From an uncultured delta proteobacterium (GTDB lineage Bacteria > Desulfobacterota > Desulfobacteria > Desulfobacterales > JAHEIW01): a stretch of 64,000 nucleotides of DNA. Both the position numbers and the translations under genes were made by a program. The notes under the pieces were generated by a model, which searched no databases, was not told where the DNA came from, and saw only the letters and a program-made list of their open reading frames with translations. Positions 38,544 through 48,470 of the stretch are shown in pieces. The DNA lies in assembly GCA_963706575.1 (NCBI GenBank), contig CAVPNL010000004.1:352001-416000 (forward strand). The letters are read 5' to 3'. How positions within the stretch are numbered: position 1 is the first letter of the stretch; each line of letters starts with the position of its first letter.

Positions 38544-39647
38544 TCAGTCCTGATTGTCCTTTCTGGGAAAGCAGATTCCGGACTGTTGGTCCCATCCTAT
38601 TTCAATTTTATCGTTTTTCTGTATGTAATCATATTGGTGTGTCTGAGGTAAAGCGACGAGTAACTCCGTATCGGCATCAAGCGGATGGGCCAGCAGCCGG
38701 CTGTTGGCGCCGTCAAATAGAATATCCTTGACGATTACCTCAAATCGATTCAGATCGGAAAGGCCCGGATCAGGTTGAATCAGCATGGCTTCCGGCCGCA
38801 GAAAAAGATCGACTTCGGCTCCGGACTGCAGATCCTCTCGAACCTTGGTGCGAAATACCGGCCCCTCGGTGGTCTCGACTTCAGCGCGGTTATCTTTGCA
38901 TTGGCGGATCCGACCGGACCAGGCATTGTTATCTCCGACAAACTGAGCCACAAAAGGGGTTTCCGGGTTGTTGTATAAAACCTGAGGCGTGTCGATCTGT
39001 TCGAATACTCCCCTGTTCATCACCGCCACATGATCCGACATCACCAGGGCTTCGGATTGGTCATGGGTAATATAGACAAAGGTGGTGCCGACTTTGGCCT
39101 GCAATTTTTTCAACTCAACCTTCATCTGTTCTCTGAGTTTCAGATCCAGGGCGCCCAGGGGCTCATCTAATAATAAAACCGCCGGTTCCAGCACCAGGCA
39201 TCTGGCGATGGCCACGCGCTGTTTCTGACCGCCCGAGAGCTGGTCAACTTTTTTGTCCCCGAATCCAACCAGGTCCACCCGCTCTAAAATGGTGGTCACT
39301 TTTTCGTTAATGACCGCCTTACTATCGCCACGTCGCTTTAACCCAAATGCAATATTCTCCCCGACGTTCATCATCGGAAAGAGGGCCAGATGCTGGAATA
39401 TCAGGTTTACCGGCCGTTTATTCGGCGGAATGCCGAGCATGCTTTGGCCCCGAATCTCGATGTTGCCCGCCGTCGGCTCGGTAAGGCCGGCAATCATGCG
39501 AAGCAAAGTGGTTTTCCCGCAACCTGAAGGGCCCAGAATAGAAAAAAACTGACCATCAGGGACCTCAAACGATACATTGTCAACTGCCATGAAGTCTTTA
39601 AACTTCTTGGTGACATTTTTAACCGCCAGATCGATCTGCATATGCAT
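38544..39647 (-). CDS. potA: Polyamine ABC transporter ATP-binding protein
   Basis: GPSGCGKT, LSGGQKQR, LLLDEP, THDQ; TOBE-type tail. Confidence 0.9.
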   Translation of the reverse strand: MHMQIDLAVKNVTKKFKDFMAVDNVSFEVPDGQFFSILGPSGCGKTTLLRMIAGLTEPTAGNIEIRGQSMLGIPPNKRPVNLIFQHLALFPMMNVGENIAFGLKRRGDSKAVINEKVTTILERVDLVGFGDKKVDQLSGGQKQRVAIARCLVLEPAVLLLDEPLGALDLKLREQMKVELKKLQAKVGTTFVYITHDQSEALVMSDHVAVMNRGVFEQIDTPQVLYNNPETPFVAQFVGDNNAWSGRIRQCKDNRAEVETTEGPVFRTKVREDLQSGAEVDLFLRPEAMLIQPDPGLSDLNRFEVIVKDILFDGANSRLLAHPLDADTELLVALPQTHQYDYIQKNDKIEIGWDQQSGICFPRKDNQD

Positions 39648-39680
39648 CCTAAGGTAAATGACTATTTTCGGTAAGAGGAG

Positions 39681-39721
39681 AAAGGGGGCTTTCCAGCAGG
39701 TACCAGAAAAGCCCCCTATTT
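39681..39721 (-). terminator. Hairpin between potD-like and potA
   Basis: AGGGGGCTTT...AAAAGCCCCCT inverted repeat. Confidence 0.55.
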
Positions 39722-39769
39722 CAGATTCTTGGTTTGGTGATTAAATTCGCTTTTCGCTCTTCTGGATGT

Positions 39770-40840
39770 TTATTTGGCCGCTTTGACCTTATCCAAAATC
39801 TTGCCTTCGATTCCTTCTATCTTCGCCGGAACCGGAGGATACCATTTAATATTCTCGATATTTGCCGGGGAAAAACTGCGCTCAAAGTTGGCGCGAATGT
39901 CAGCTTTCACGAATTGGTTCGCGCCTTTGGAACAGTTTGCCGTTGTATCCGAATTGGTAAATTCCGCAGCGTTTTCCGGACGCATTATGAAATTGATCCA
40001 TTTGTATGCGCCCTCCACATTTTTCGACTTCGCAGGAATGGCAAAGGTATCAATCCACCCAAGTGCACCGCTTTTGGGCGCAAAAAAGTCAATTTCCGGG
40101 TTTTGAGCATGCACTTTCCAGCCGCCTTTATCCCAGGCCATGGCCAGATGAACCTCTCCGGTCATTAACGCTTGTAATAAAGCATCCCCGTTGGTCCAAT
40201 AATTCTTAACTAGACCTTTGGCGTCAATCAGGGCCTGTCCGACCTTTTCCATCAGCGCCTCATAAGCATTCGCATCTGCGTATTTCGCAAAGGGATCATC
40301 TCCCATGGCAAAAGCCAGCGCTATCAAGGTCGGTCTTTTGAGTCGATAACTGATTCTGCCGGCATACTTTTTGTTCAGCAAGTCATTATAATCCTGGACG
40401 TCGGGCGCAAGTTTTCTATTGACAACAAGTCCGGAAGACCCCCAGCAGAAAGGCACGGCATGCGGTTTGCCGCCGACCATCGTGTTATTCTTGACAGCCT
40501 CGAGCATAGAGGGAAAAAATTGATCGGCTTTAATTTTGGACAGATCGATCGGCTGGTAAATGTTAAACTTTTCCTGAACCGAAGAAATACGATCCTGGCT
40601 GGGCTGGGCCAGATCGAAACCGGCGCCGCGGGTCGCGCGCAATTTGGCAATCATTTCTTCATTGCTCGAATTTGTTGGCATGACTTTAATTCCGGTTTCT
40701 TTCTCGAACTTATCGAGCAGAACCTTAGGTGTATATCCGGACCAGGTAATTAAGCGCAAAGTCTCTGCGGCATAGGCACCACCCACAACCGAAAATAGAA
40801 ATGCAAAAATCAAGCATAGAATAAAAATTGTTCTTTTCAT
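39770..40840 (-). CDS. Polyamine ABC transporter substrate-binding protein (PotD/PotF family)
   Basis: Signal peptide, TWSGY, FEKETGIKV, SNEEM and WIDTFAIP motifs. Confidence 0.87.
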   Translation of the reverse strand: MKRTIFILCLIFAFLFSVVGGAYAAETLRLITWSGYTPKVLLDKFEKETGIKVMPTNSSNEEMIAKLRATRGAGFDLAQPSQDRISSVQEKFNIYQPIDLSKIKADQFFPSMLEAVKNNTMVGGKPHAVPFCWGSSGLVVNRKLAPDVQDYNDLLNKKYAGRISYRLKRPTLIALAFAMGDDPFAKYADANAYEALMEKVGQALIDAKGLVKNYWTNGDALLQALMTGEVHLAMAWDKGGWKVHAQNPEIDFFAPKSGALGWIDTFAIPAKSKNVEGAYKWINFIMRPENAAEFTNSDTTANCSKGANQFVKADIRANFERSFSPANIENIKWYPPVPAKIEGIEGKILDKVKAAK

Positions 40841-41152
40841 GTTGAGTGTCCTCCTTTCGATTTGATTAATCTGATAAAAAAATGGGGCCATCTAATTAAA
40901 TCATCCCCACTGATAAGAAATGAAAATAACGACAAAATGCGGAATCGATGAAGACTGAATTACTGATTCATCCCCAATTAAAACAGCAATCCACTGATCG
41001 GTTGAAAAGAATATTCGAATGAAGCCTGCTACTTTTGTATATAAGTTGTATTAATCGGTTATGTCGGCTATTTAGAAAGGAACCCGTATTGGGGCCGGCT
41101 GCAGTTCAAAAAACCAAGTTTTGGGTAAAAAGTCAATCGGTATGTTTAAAAA

Positions 41153-41836
41153 ATGAAAAAGCTTACCATCATCTGGGATTTTGACGGAACCATTCTGTCC
41201 CTTGCGCCTTTGGACAGCGAGCAGTCATTATTGCAATACCGGATGAATCAGCCGGAGAAACGGTTCGGTTTGCTGAAAAAAGCGTATGTGAAAGCCATCA
41301 TTTATGCTGATCAACACGAGCGGATGCGCAGGGTCTTTAAAAAATCCTACATCCGGTTGTTAAAAGGCACGCCAACCAGGATGTTAGAGGACGTCTGCCG
41401 CGATCTGGCTGAAAACATTTCAACGGCGGACCGCAGGGTGTTTTGGAAATTAAAAGCGGATGGATATGACATGATAATACTGAGCTGCGGCACTGCCGAT
41501 TTAAGCGAGCGTATCTTAAGATTTGCCGGGCTTTTTGATTGTTTTAGCCGGATCGCGGGCAACCGTTTTCAGTTTGATGCCGATCGAATTGTCGGAATGC
41601 AGCTGCGACTTCCGAATCCGGAGGATAAGCTGACCATGGCCAAAAAGTTAAATTTGTCACCGGATCAAACGATGGTGGTCGGAGACGGTTATACCGATCT
41701 GCCGCTTTTAAATTGGGCCTCGATTCCGGTTATCGTGGACCGCAGCGGCCACAAAAAAAAACAATTTACCTCCCATAATTTTTATTTTATATCCTCAATT
41801 CCGGAAATAATGAATATCATCGAAAAAAAAACGTAA
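41153..41836 (+). CDS. HAD-IB (phosphoserine phosphatase-like) hydrolase
   Basis: WDFDGT, ILSCG and VGDGYTD motifs. Confidence 0.82.
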   Translation: MKKLTIIWDFDGTILSLAPLDSEQSLLQYRMNQPEKRFGLLKKAYVKAIIYADQHERMRRVFKKSYIRLLKGTPTRMLEDVCRDLAENISTADRRVFWKLKADGYDMIILSCGTADLSERILRFAGLFDCFSRIAGNRFQFDADRIVGMQLRLPNPEDKLTMAKKLNLSPDQTMVVGDGYTDLPLLNWASIPVIVDRSGHKKKQFTSHNFYFISSIPEIMNIIEKKT

Positions 41837-41838
41837 AA

Positions 41839-42002
41839 TAGTGCGGTGCCCCAAAAATATATTCTAAAATATTTTTGGGTACTGAAGCCTGTTACCCACA
41901 TGTCATTCCCGCGCAGGCGGGAATCCAGGCAGTTTTGAACTGGACTCCCGCCTGCGCGGGAGTGACAGTCATTTTGTACCCTATTTACCGGACACAACAA
42001 TA
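41839..42002. mobile_element. MITE-like element (IS630-like ends) carrying a CGTC-type REP doublet
   Basis: Ends TAGTGCGGTGCCCCAAAAATA and TATTTACCGGACACAACAATA form an imperfect IR; one end plus the REP recurs at ~32632-32731. Confidence 0.6.
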
Positions 42003-42021
42003 GCATCAGACAGGCAACTTA

Positions 42022-43020
42022 ATGAAAAAGAAAAAGCTGATCGTTTTTGATATGGACGGGGTTCTGATCGATGTCTCCGGGTCGTATCGCGAGACGGTTC
42101 GACAAACGGCCAGGCTCTTTTTTAAAATGGCCCCTTCATCAGATAAATTGCCGGAACCTCTTTTTCCGCTGACGGATCTGGCGACCGTCAAGCAAAGCGG
42201 CGGTCTCAATAACGACTGGGATTTATCCTGCCTGGTGATCAGCCTGTTATTTAACGTGATCGAGAAACCACCGGTTTATGAGCGTAAAGACCCCTGGGAC
42301 CGCTACCGGGAAACGATCAGCCAGTGCCATATGGCTGCCCTGGCCCAGTTTCTCAAATCAACCCCGACACCCCTGTCGAATTTGCTTCGCAAGGCCGGTA
42401 TGACTCAAAACGACTTTATCTATGGCTTATATACGGGTGACGTGGGCAGCGGCAACATCATCAAACAAATTTTTCAGGAAGTGTATTTAGGAAAAGACCT
42501 GTTTGAAGCCACCTACGGGCTGGTTCCGCAGTTTTACCTTGATGAAGGCTTTAATCAGCGCGAGCAGCTTCTGATAGATAAACAGCTGCTTGAAGAACTG
42601 GCTGCAAATCATATTGTAGCGATTGCCACCGGCAGGCCCAGGGCCGAGGCACATTACCCGCTGCACCATTTTGGTATCAGAAAATATTTTGCAAGCGTCA
42701 TGGCGCTGGAAGACTGCCTCGAGGAAGAAGCGCGCCGGCAGGAAACGGAGGCCCAAAAGGTTTCACTGAGCAAACCCGATCCCTTTATGCTGGACGCCAT
42801 CGCAGACAGCCACAAAGATCTCTTCACCGAATCCTATTATATCGGTGATATGCCTGACGACATGCTGGCCGCTAAAAAATCAGCGGGCGGGTACACAGCC
42901 GTCGGAATGATCATGTCGGCACCGGATAAGGAAAGTCTTAAAAAAGAGCTTAAGCGCGCCGGCGCCGACACCATTCTTGAAGATTTCAATCAGCTAAAAG
43001 GTCTTGTAGAGACCGGTTAA
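42022..43020 (+). CDS. HAD family hydrolase (TIGR01548-like)
   Basis: FDMDGVLIDVSGSYR, GGLNNDWD, TGRP, KPDP and GDMPDD motifs. Confidence 0.85.
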   Translation: MKKKKLIVFDMDGVLIDVSGSYRETVRQTARLFFKMAPSSDKLPEPLFPLTDLATVKQSGGLNNDWDLSCLVISLLFNVIEKPPVYERKDPWDRYRETISQCHMAALAQFLKSTPTPLSNLLRKAGMTQNDFIYGLYTGDVGSGNIIKQIFQEVYLGKDLFEATYGLVPQFYLDEGFNQREQLLIDKQLLEELAANHIVAIATGRPRAEAHYPLHHFGIRKYFASVMALEDCLEEEARRQETEAQKVSLSKPDPFMLDAIADSHKDLFTESYYIGDMPDDMLAAKKSAGGYTAVGMIMSAPDKESLKKELKRAGADTILEDFNQLKGLVETG

Positions 43021-43057
43021 AAAAAGCCGAAATACCACCGGGATATTTTCAGCGCCT

Positions 43058-44410
43058 TTATACCAGACCCTGGTCAAGGGTGGCATTGGCAACCCGCACA
43101 AATCCGGCGATGTTGGCGCCGACCAGATAGTTGCCGGGCACGCCGTAACGTTCGGCCACATCCAGGCAGTTCTGGTGGATGTTTTTCATAATGGTTTTAA
43201 GGCGCCTGTCGACCTCCTCTGCCGACCAGTTCAGGAGCATTCTGTTCTGGGCCATCTCCAGCCCCGATACCGCCACCCCGCCTGCATTGGCGGCCTTGGC
43301 CGGAGCAAAGAGCAGTTTTTTATCCATAAAGATTTTGACCGCTTGCGGTGATGACGGCATATCGGCACCTTCGCAGATCAATTTGATGCCGTTGTTAAGC
43401 AGGTTGAAAGCATCATTTTCCCCGATCTCATTTTCGACGGCACAGGGAAAGGCGCAATCGGCCCGTTGATTCCACAACGGATTGTATCCCAGTGAGGTGT
43501 CGGCTTCCGTGTAATCCGTTTCGGAGTATTTATCGATATATTCCTTGATTCTTCCCCGTTTCATATTTTTCAGGCGTTTGACGAAATCCAGCTTTTTTTG
43601 ATCAATGCCTTCCGGATCAAAGATAAAGCCGGATGAATCCGAAAGGGTCACGACCTTGCCGCCCAGTTCGATGATTTTTTCGGCCGTGTGCTGCGCCACG
43701 TTCCCGGAGCCGGATACCAGACAGGTCTTTCCTTCCAGAGATTCATTGTTCGCAGCGAGCATCTCGGCGGCGAAATAGACAATGCCGTATCCGGTTGCCT
43801 GGGGGCGAATATGGCTGCCGCCCCACTGCAGCCCTTTGCCGGTCAAAACACCGGCAAATTCATTGCGCTGTTTTTTATACATGCCGAAGAGATAGCCGAT
43901 TTCCCTAACCCCCACCCCCAGGCCACCGTCAGGAATGTCGGTATCCTGGCCGATGTGATGGGAGAGCTCGCTCATATAACTCTGACAGAACCGCATGACC
44001 TCATCATCGGATTTTCCTTTGGGTTCAAAATCGGACCCGCCCTGGGCGCCCCCCATCGGCAGAGTGGTGAGGGCGTTTTTAAAAGTTTGCTCAAATGCTA
44101 AAAATTTAAGGATACCCAGATTGACCGACGGGTGAAATCTCAACGACCCCTTAAAGGGACCCAGGGCGCTGTTCATTTCGATCTGATATCCCCGATTTAC
44201 GCGCACCTGCCTTTCGTCATCCATCCACGGAACCCGAAACAGTATGACGCGCTCAGGTTCCGTAATCCGCTCTAGAATACCCAGCTGACGATACTCCGGG
44301 TGGTGGTCCAAAACCGGCTTTATGGTGTCGACGAACTCCTTCACCGCCTGATGAAATTCTTTCTCCCCCGGATCCCTTGCCAAGATCTGCTTCAAAGTTG
44401 TATCTGACAT
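43058..44410 (-). CDS. gdhA: NADP-glutamate dehydrogenase homologue with substituted catalytic residues
   Basis: Full-length GdhA fold (EPERVILFRVPW, LRFHPSVN, FLAFEQTFKN, GSGNVA, KAANAGGVAVS), but GGAQGG and DIPDGG at the catalytic motifs. Confidence 0.9.
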   Translation of the reverse strand: MSDTTLKQILARDPGEKEFHQAVKEFVDTIKPVLDHHPEYRQLGILERITEPERVILFRVPWMDDERQVRVNRGYQIEMNSALGPFKGSLRFHPSVNLGILKFLAFEQTFKNALTTLPMGGAQGGSDFEPKGKSDDEVMRFCQSYMSELSHHIGQDTDIPDGGLGVGVREIGYLFGMYKKQRNEFAGVLTGKGLQWGGSHIRPQATGYGIVYFAAEMLAANNESLEGKTCLVSGSGNVAQHTAEKIIELGGKVVTLSDSSGFIFDPEGIDQKKLDFVKRLKNMKRGRIKEYIDKYSETDYTEADTSLGYNPLWNQRADCAFPCAVENEIGENDAFNLLNNGIKLICEGADMPSSPQAVKIFMDKKLLFAPAKAANAGGVAVSGLEMAQNRMLLNWSAEEVDRRLKTIMKNIHQNCLDVAERYGVPGNYLVGANIAGFVRVANATLDQGLV

Positions 44411-44463
44411 CTCCAACCTCCTTCAATCGGGTCCGTTGGCACAGACCCGTCAGTTCTAAAGGT

Positions 44464-46047
44464 TTAAGCTTCGATGATCTCTAAAGCTTCCTGACGATAG
44501 GCGTCCATGACATACTGGATGCCGGTGATTTTGGCACATTCTTCCGTCAGGGAGAATAGATCGTCCCGGCTGATATACGCTACTTTCCAGTTGCGAGATC
44601 CGGCCATCAGTTGCTGAAGCCCCACTTTGATTTTATCCACGACGTTAAAGAGTCCGACGGCGCCCAACGGCATGCTGTCGATCTCCGATCCGTATTTGCC
44701 CTTGAGGACTTCATAATTCATAAAAATTTCTTCTTTGGTATATCCGAATTTAGATACGGTGGTCGGCAATCCGCCATCTTCGTCCCGCAGCCATTTTTCA
44801 GCATTTTTGCCGACCATACCCGGGATCATCAATGAGCGGCCCATGCAAACGGCTTTGCAATAGGGTGCCCCCAGCGCCAGCGCTTTGAAAACATGGTCTT
44901 CAGATGAAAAGCCGCCGGCAAAAGCAAGGTCCGGGACGCGCCGGCCGTTTTTGGCAAGCCGTTGACTTAATTCAAAGGCCATGGAATGGAGGTAAATAGA
45001 AGGAATGCCCCACTCGCACATCATGCGCCAGGGACTCATTCCGGTACCGCCGGGTGCCCCGTCGATGGTCAGCAGATCGATATCGGCATCAGACGACCAG
45101 CGGATGGCCATGGCCAGCTCCCGCATCGGATAGGCGCCGGTCTTCAGGGTAATGCGCTTGGCGCCCAGTTTGCGCAGGCGCTCCACCTCCTGCATGAAGC
45201 CTTCCTGATCCACGAAACCCAGACGCGAGTGCCTTTCAAATTGTTTCAAAGGTCCGGCCTTAAAAGCGGCCTGGTGTGCAGGGTCTTCCGGATCCGGTGT
45301 TACGATGTAGCCGCGCCTTTTTAATTCAAGGGCGCGGTCAAGGGAGTCGACCTTGATTTCCCCCCCGATACACTTGGCGCCCTGGCCCCATTTGAGCTCG
45401 ATGGTTTCGACCCCATGCTTATCAATCACATATTCCGCCACGCCATTGCGGGTATCCTCCACATTCATCTGAACCATGATGTCGCCATAGCCTTCATGGT
45501 AGCGGCGATATTCCTGGATACGGCGATCCATCTCCGGCGACTTTTTGATCAGGCCGTTGTCGCCGATTTCCAATTCAGGATCGATCCCGCAAACATTTTC
45601 GCCGCACACCAGACTGATCCCGCTGATGGCGGCGCCGATGGCAAAGTGGTCCCAATTTTTGCGCGCGATATCCGTACTGCCGAGGGCGCCCGTGAAAATC
45701 GGCACCTTCATCTTCACTTTATCGTTAACCCCGTATTCGGTTTCGGTATCGACATTGGGAAAGGTGGCTTTATCAGGATCGGCTTCAATTCCCTTGGCGC
45801 CCAGGGCATAACCCATAATATTCAAATGAGAATAATCCACCGGGTAGTCCTTATCGGCGCCGGCGGTAACGCTGCCAAAGGGTTCCGGATAAAGAAGCTC
45901 CCGTCCCCGGAAAGTGGCTTTGAAAATATCGCAATTTCCCTTGCAACCATCCAAACACCTGCTGCAGATACCGGATTGGGGTGCAATATCGCGAGATCTG
46001 TTCCTGGTCTGAAGCGCATCGTTTGCATTCGGTCGATTGAGATTCAT
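44464..46047 (-). CDS. FMN-binding glutamate synthase family protein (stand-alone GltB FMN domain)
   Basis: GALGST, GENVCG, ELKWGQGAK, IDGAPGGTG and AGGF motifs; N-terminal CxxCxxxCxxxC. Confidence 0.88.
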   Translation of the reverse strand: MNLNRPNANDALQTRNRSRDIAPQSGICSRCLDGCKGNCDIFKATFRGRELLYPEPFGSVTAGADKDYPVDYSHLNIMGYALGAKGIEADPDKATFPNVDTETEYGVNDKVKMKVPIFTGALGSTDIARKNWDHFAIGAAISGISLVCGENVCGIDPELEIGDNGLIKKSPEMDRRIQEYRRYHEGYGDIMVQMNVEDTRNGVAEYVIDKHGVETIELKWGQGAKCIGGEIKVDSLDRALELKRRGYIVTPDPEDPAHQAAFKAGPLKQFERHSRLGFVDQEGFMQEVERLRKLGAKRITLKTGAYPMRELAMAIRWSSDADIDLLTIDGAPGGTGMSPWRMMCEWGIPSIYLHSMAFELSQRLAKNGRRVPDLAFAGGFSSEDHVFKALALGAPYCKAVCMGRSLMIPGMVGKNAEKWLRDEDGGLPTTVSKFGYTKEEIFMNYEVLKGKYGSEIDSMPLGAVGLFNVVDKIKVGLQQLMAGSRNWKVAYISRDDLFSLTEECAKITGIQYVMDAYRQEALEIIEA

Positions 46048-46428
46048 CGTTTCTCTCCTTGTTTCCCCTGGTGAAAGTTAAAAAATCCGCTCCCCCCTGG
46101 TCGATTATCCCCGTTAACAAGCGGTTTAAACAATTTAGGTGTTACCGCGACCAAAAATCAATTGTCCTTTGCGGAGCGTGTGCGGTAATGGGTCGTTGGT
46201 TTAAATGCATGTCTATATACCAATCCTAAAATTTTGTAAAATGGTTATTCTTACTTTGTGGCACTGATCATATAACGGTAAGGGGGCCAGACATATTGAG
46301 GATTTGAGCAGCTAAAATCATTAGATAGAGGCCGGATAAAATTGCGCGCGGCATAAAAGCTGGAGGATGCTGAAATAGATTATTCTTTAAGACCGAAATA
46401 TCTTATTCCACATGCCAGACACAAAGTA

Positions 46429-47310
46429 TCAGCACATTTGTCGAAACGCTTCATAAGCGTTCTCAAAGCGATCGAGATTTTTCTTAGTGTAGTCCACGTA
46501 ATCGAAATCCAGGGTTGAGTGGATCTCAGAGACAATGCTCCACAGTGTTTCACGCAATAATGATACACACTTCATTGCAGCAAGACGGCGGCGCAGTCCG
46601 TCTGTCACCGCTTCCTGATAGTAGGTCTCCAGGACCCAATCTTCCTGTGCCGGAGATAGCTCATTGTTTGATGACAGATTCGCAAGATCAAATAGCGCTG
46701 TATTGTAGCCCGCATAATCCCAGTCGAGGAGCCAGAGCCGCTTGCCGTCATCAATGAAATTAGCGGCCAGCAGATCATTATGACCGAATACCAATTTTAT
46801 TTCACCGACTGTTTTTTCCAATTCTTCGTTGACTTCAAGAAAGCGCGGAAGGTGGTCGATCATCCGGCTGTTGCCCTCCCGGGCCGTGTGAATGTAGTTT
46901 CGGCAGACATGGAACGGCCAGAAGACCAGTGCCGCACCCATAAAATGTTTTGGTATTTCATTGTGACAGGCATGGATCAGGTGAATAATTCGTTCCAGGT
47001 TGTTCGGCTCACGCACTTCAGGCTCCGTAAGTGTTTTGCCTTCAATGAATCGCATAATAAAGATGCCCTCGGCGCTATAGACAATTTCAGGCGAGATGCC
47101 GGCAGCATAAGCCGCGCGCGCAGCTGCGACCTCGTTAAAGCGCATGACCCCGTGAACCGGGATGTCTTCGCCAACCCGGACGACAAAAAGCTCACCTCGG
47201 TCGTCAACGACAAAATTGGTGTTGGTAATACCGCCAGCCAGAGGTTTAGGCTCTACTGGTGAAGCCCAAAAATCCAAATTTGCAACCCGATCGCGGGTAC
47301 GCGTGTTCAT
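46429..47310 (-). CDS. Choline/ethanolamine kinase family phosphotransferase
   Basis: GGITNTN, HNDLLAAN (Brenner motif), LDWDYAG and LDFDY motifs. Confidence 0.88.
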   Translation of the reverse strand: MNTRTRDRVANLDFWASPVEPKPLAGGITNTNFVVDDRGELFVVRVGEDIPVHGVMRFNEVAAARAAYAAGISPEIVYSAEGIFIMRFIEGKTLTEPEVREPNNLERIIHLIHACHNEIPKHFMGAALVFWPFHVCRNYIHTAREGNSRMIDHLPRFLEVNEELEKTVGEIKLVFGHNDLLAANFIDDGKRLWLLDWDYAGYNTALFDLANLSSNNELSPAQEDWVLETYYQEAVTDGLRRRLAAMKCVSLLRETLWSIVSEIHSTLDFDYVDYTKKNLDRFENAYEAFRQMC

Positions 47311-47559
47311 GATCTTAGCCTTTTTTTAATATCATCAGAGTATTCTTACGTTCAAGGCTCTATGCTTTGATCAGGCGATCAGAAAAAATGGAAAAAAGAA
47401 TGAAACGAAAAAGCTAATATCAGAGGAATCCGGCGTAGTCAAGTTGCCGTCAACTGCTCTTTGGGAAAAAAGATGTAAAAATAATAAGAACTTTTTTTTT
47501 AAAGGAAGTATAAAAAAATGAATCCTCAATACCATACAAATAGGAAGAACATTTTTCGA

Positions 47560-47587
47560 TTGACACAACTACAAGTTCCACTATAAA
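47560..47587 (+). promoter_or_regulatory. Sigma70-type promoter for the ABC ATPase pair
   Basis: TTGACA-16 nt-TATAAA, ~100 nt upstream of 47690. Confidence 0.55.
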
Positions 47588-47689
47588 ACCCATCCATAGA
47601 AAGCGTCCTCTTATTACCTGTTTATCTGGAACCAATGAACCTCACTATTTCTATTTACCTCAGAATGACATAAAGGAGCAACAAAGCCG

Positions 47690-48460
47690 GTGACAATACT
47701 CGAAGTGAAGGGATTGAGCAAGTACTTCGGCGGTCTAGCCGCGCTAAATGACATCAATCTCACCATCCAGGAAGGTGAAATAAGAGGAATAATTGGCCCC
47801 AATGGTGCGGGCAAGACCACCCTTTTTAATGTCGTCAGCGGGGTGTACCGCCCCGACTCAGGACAGATATTCTATATGGATGACAAGCGTATCGATGGTC
47901 TTGCTACAAGTAAGATAGCAGAAATGGGACTGGTCCGGACTTTCCAGCGCACAGCCCTCTATCAAGATTTTACCGTCCTCAAAAATGTCACCGTGGCCCG
48001 CCATCTTCATGCCAGGGAAAATATCTTTGGCGTGTTTGCCGGCACGGTTAAGAAATTGGAAGCGGAAAATGTTGAAAAGGCTTCCGAAATAGTGGATTTC
48101 ATGAAATTGGGACCCCTTAAAAATGAGCTGGCGGCAAACCTGCCTCACGGTCACCAGAGAGCGCTGGGTGTTGCCATTGCACTGGCCAGTGAGCCCAAGG
48201 TATTGCTGCTGGATGAGCCCCTGACCGGCATGACCCCGACCGAAAAAGCAGATATGATCGATCTGATCAGAAAAGTGCACCAGCAGGGTATTACTATCCT
48301 GATCGTGGAGCACGATATGAAATCTGTTATGGAACTGTGTGACTATATCAGCGTACTTGATTTCGGTAAACTGCTGGTCGAAGGAATCCCCGCTGAAATA
48401 CAGAACGATGAAACGGTAATTAATGCGTATCTGGGGACTGAAAACATGATATCGGCGTGA
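47690..48460 (+). CDS. livG: Branched-chain amino acid-type ABC ATPase
   Basis: GPNGAGKT, RTFQ, LLLDEP, VEHDM and AYLG motifs. Confidence 0.88.
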   Translation: MTILEVKGLSKYFGGLAALNDINLTIQEGEIRGIIGPNGAGKTTLFNVVSGVYRPDSGQIFYMDDKRIDGLATSKIAEMGLVRTFQRTALYQDFTVLKNVTVARHLHARENIFGVFAGTVKKLEAENVEKASEIVDFMKLGPLKNELAANLPHGHQRALGVAIALASEPKVLLLDEPLTGMTPTEKADMIDLIRKVHQQGITILIVEHDMKSVMELCDYISVLDFGKLLVEGIPAEIQNDETVINAYLGTENMISA

Positions 48461-48470
48461 GGTAAAAAAA

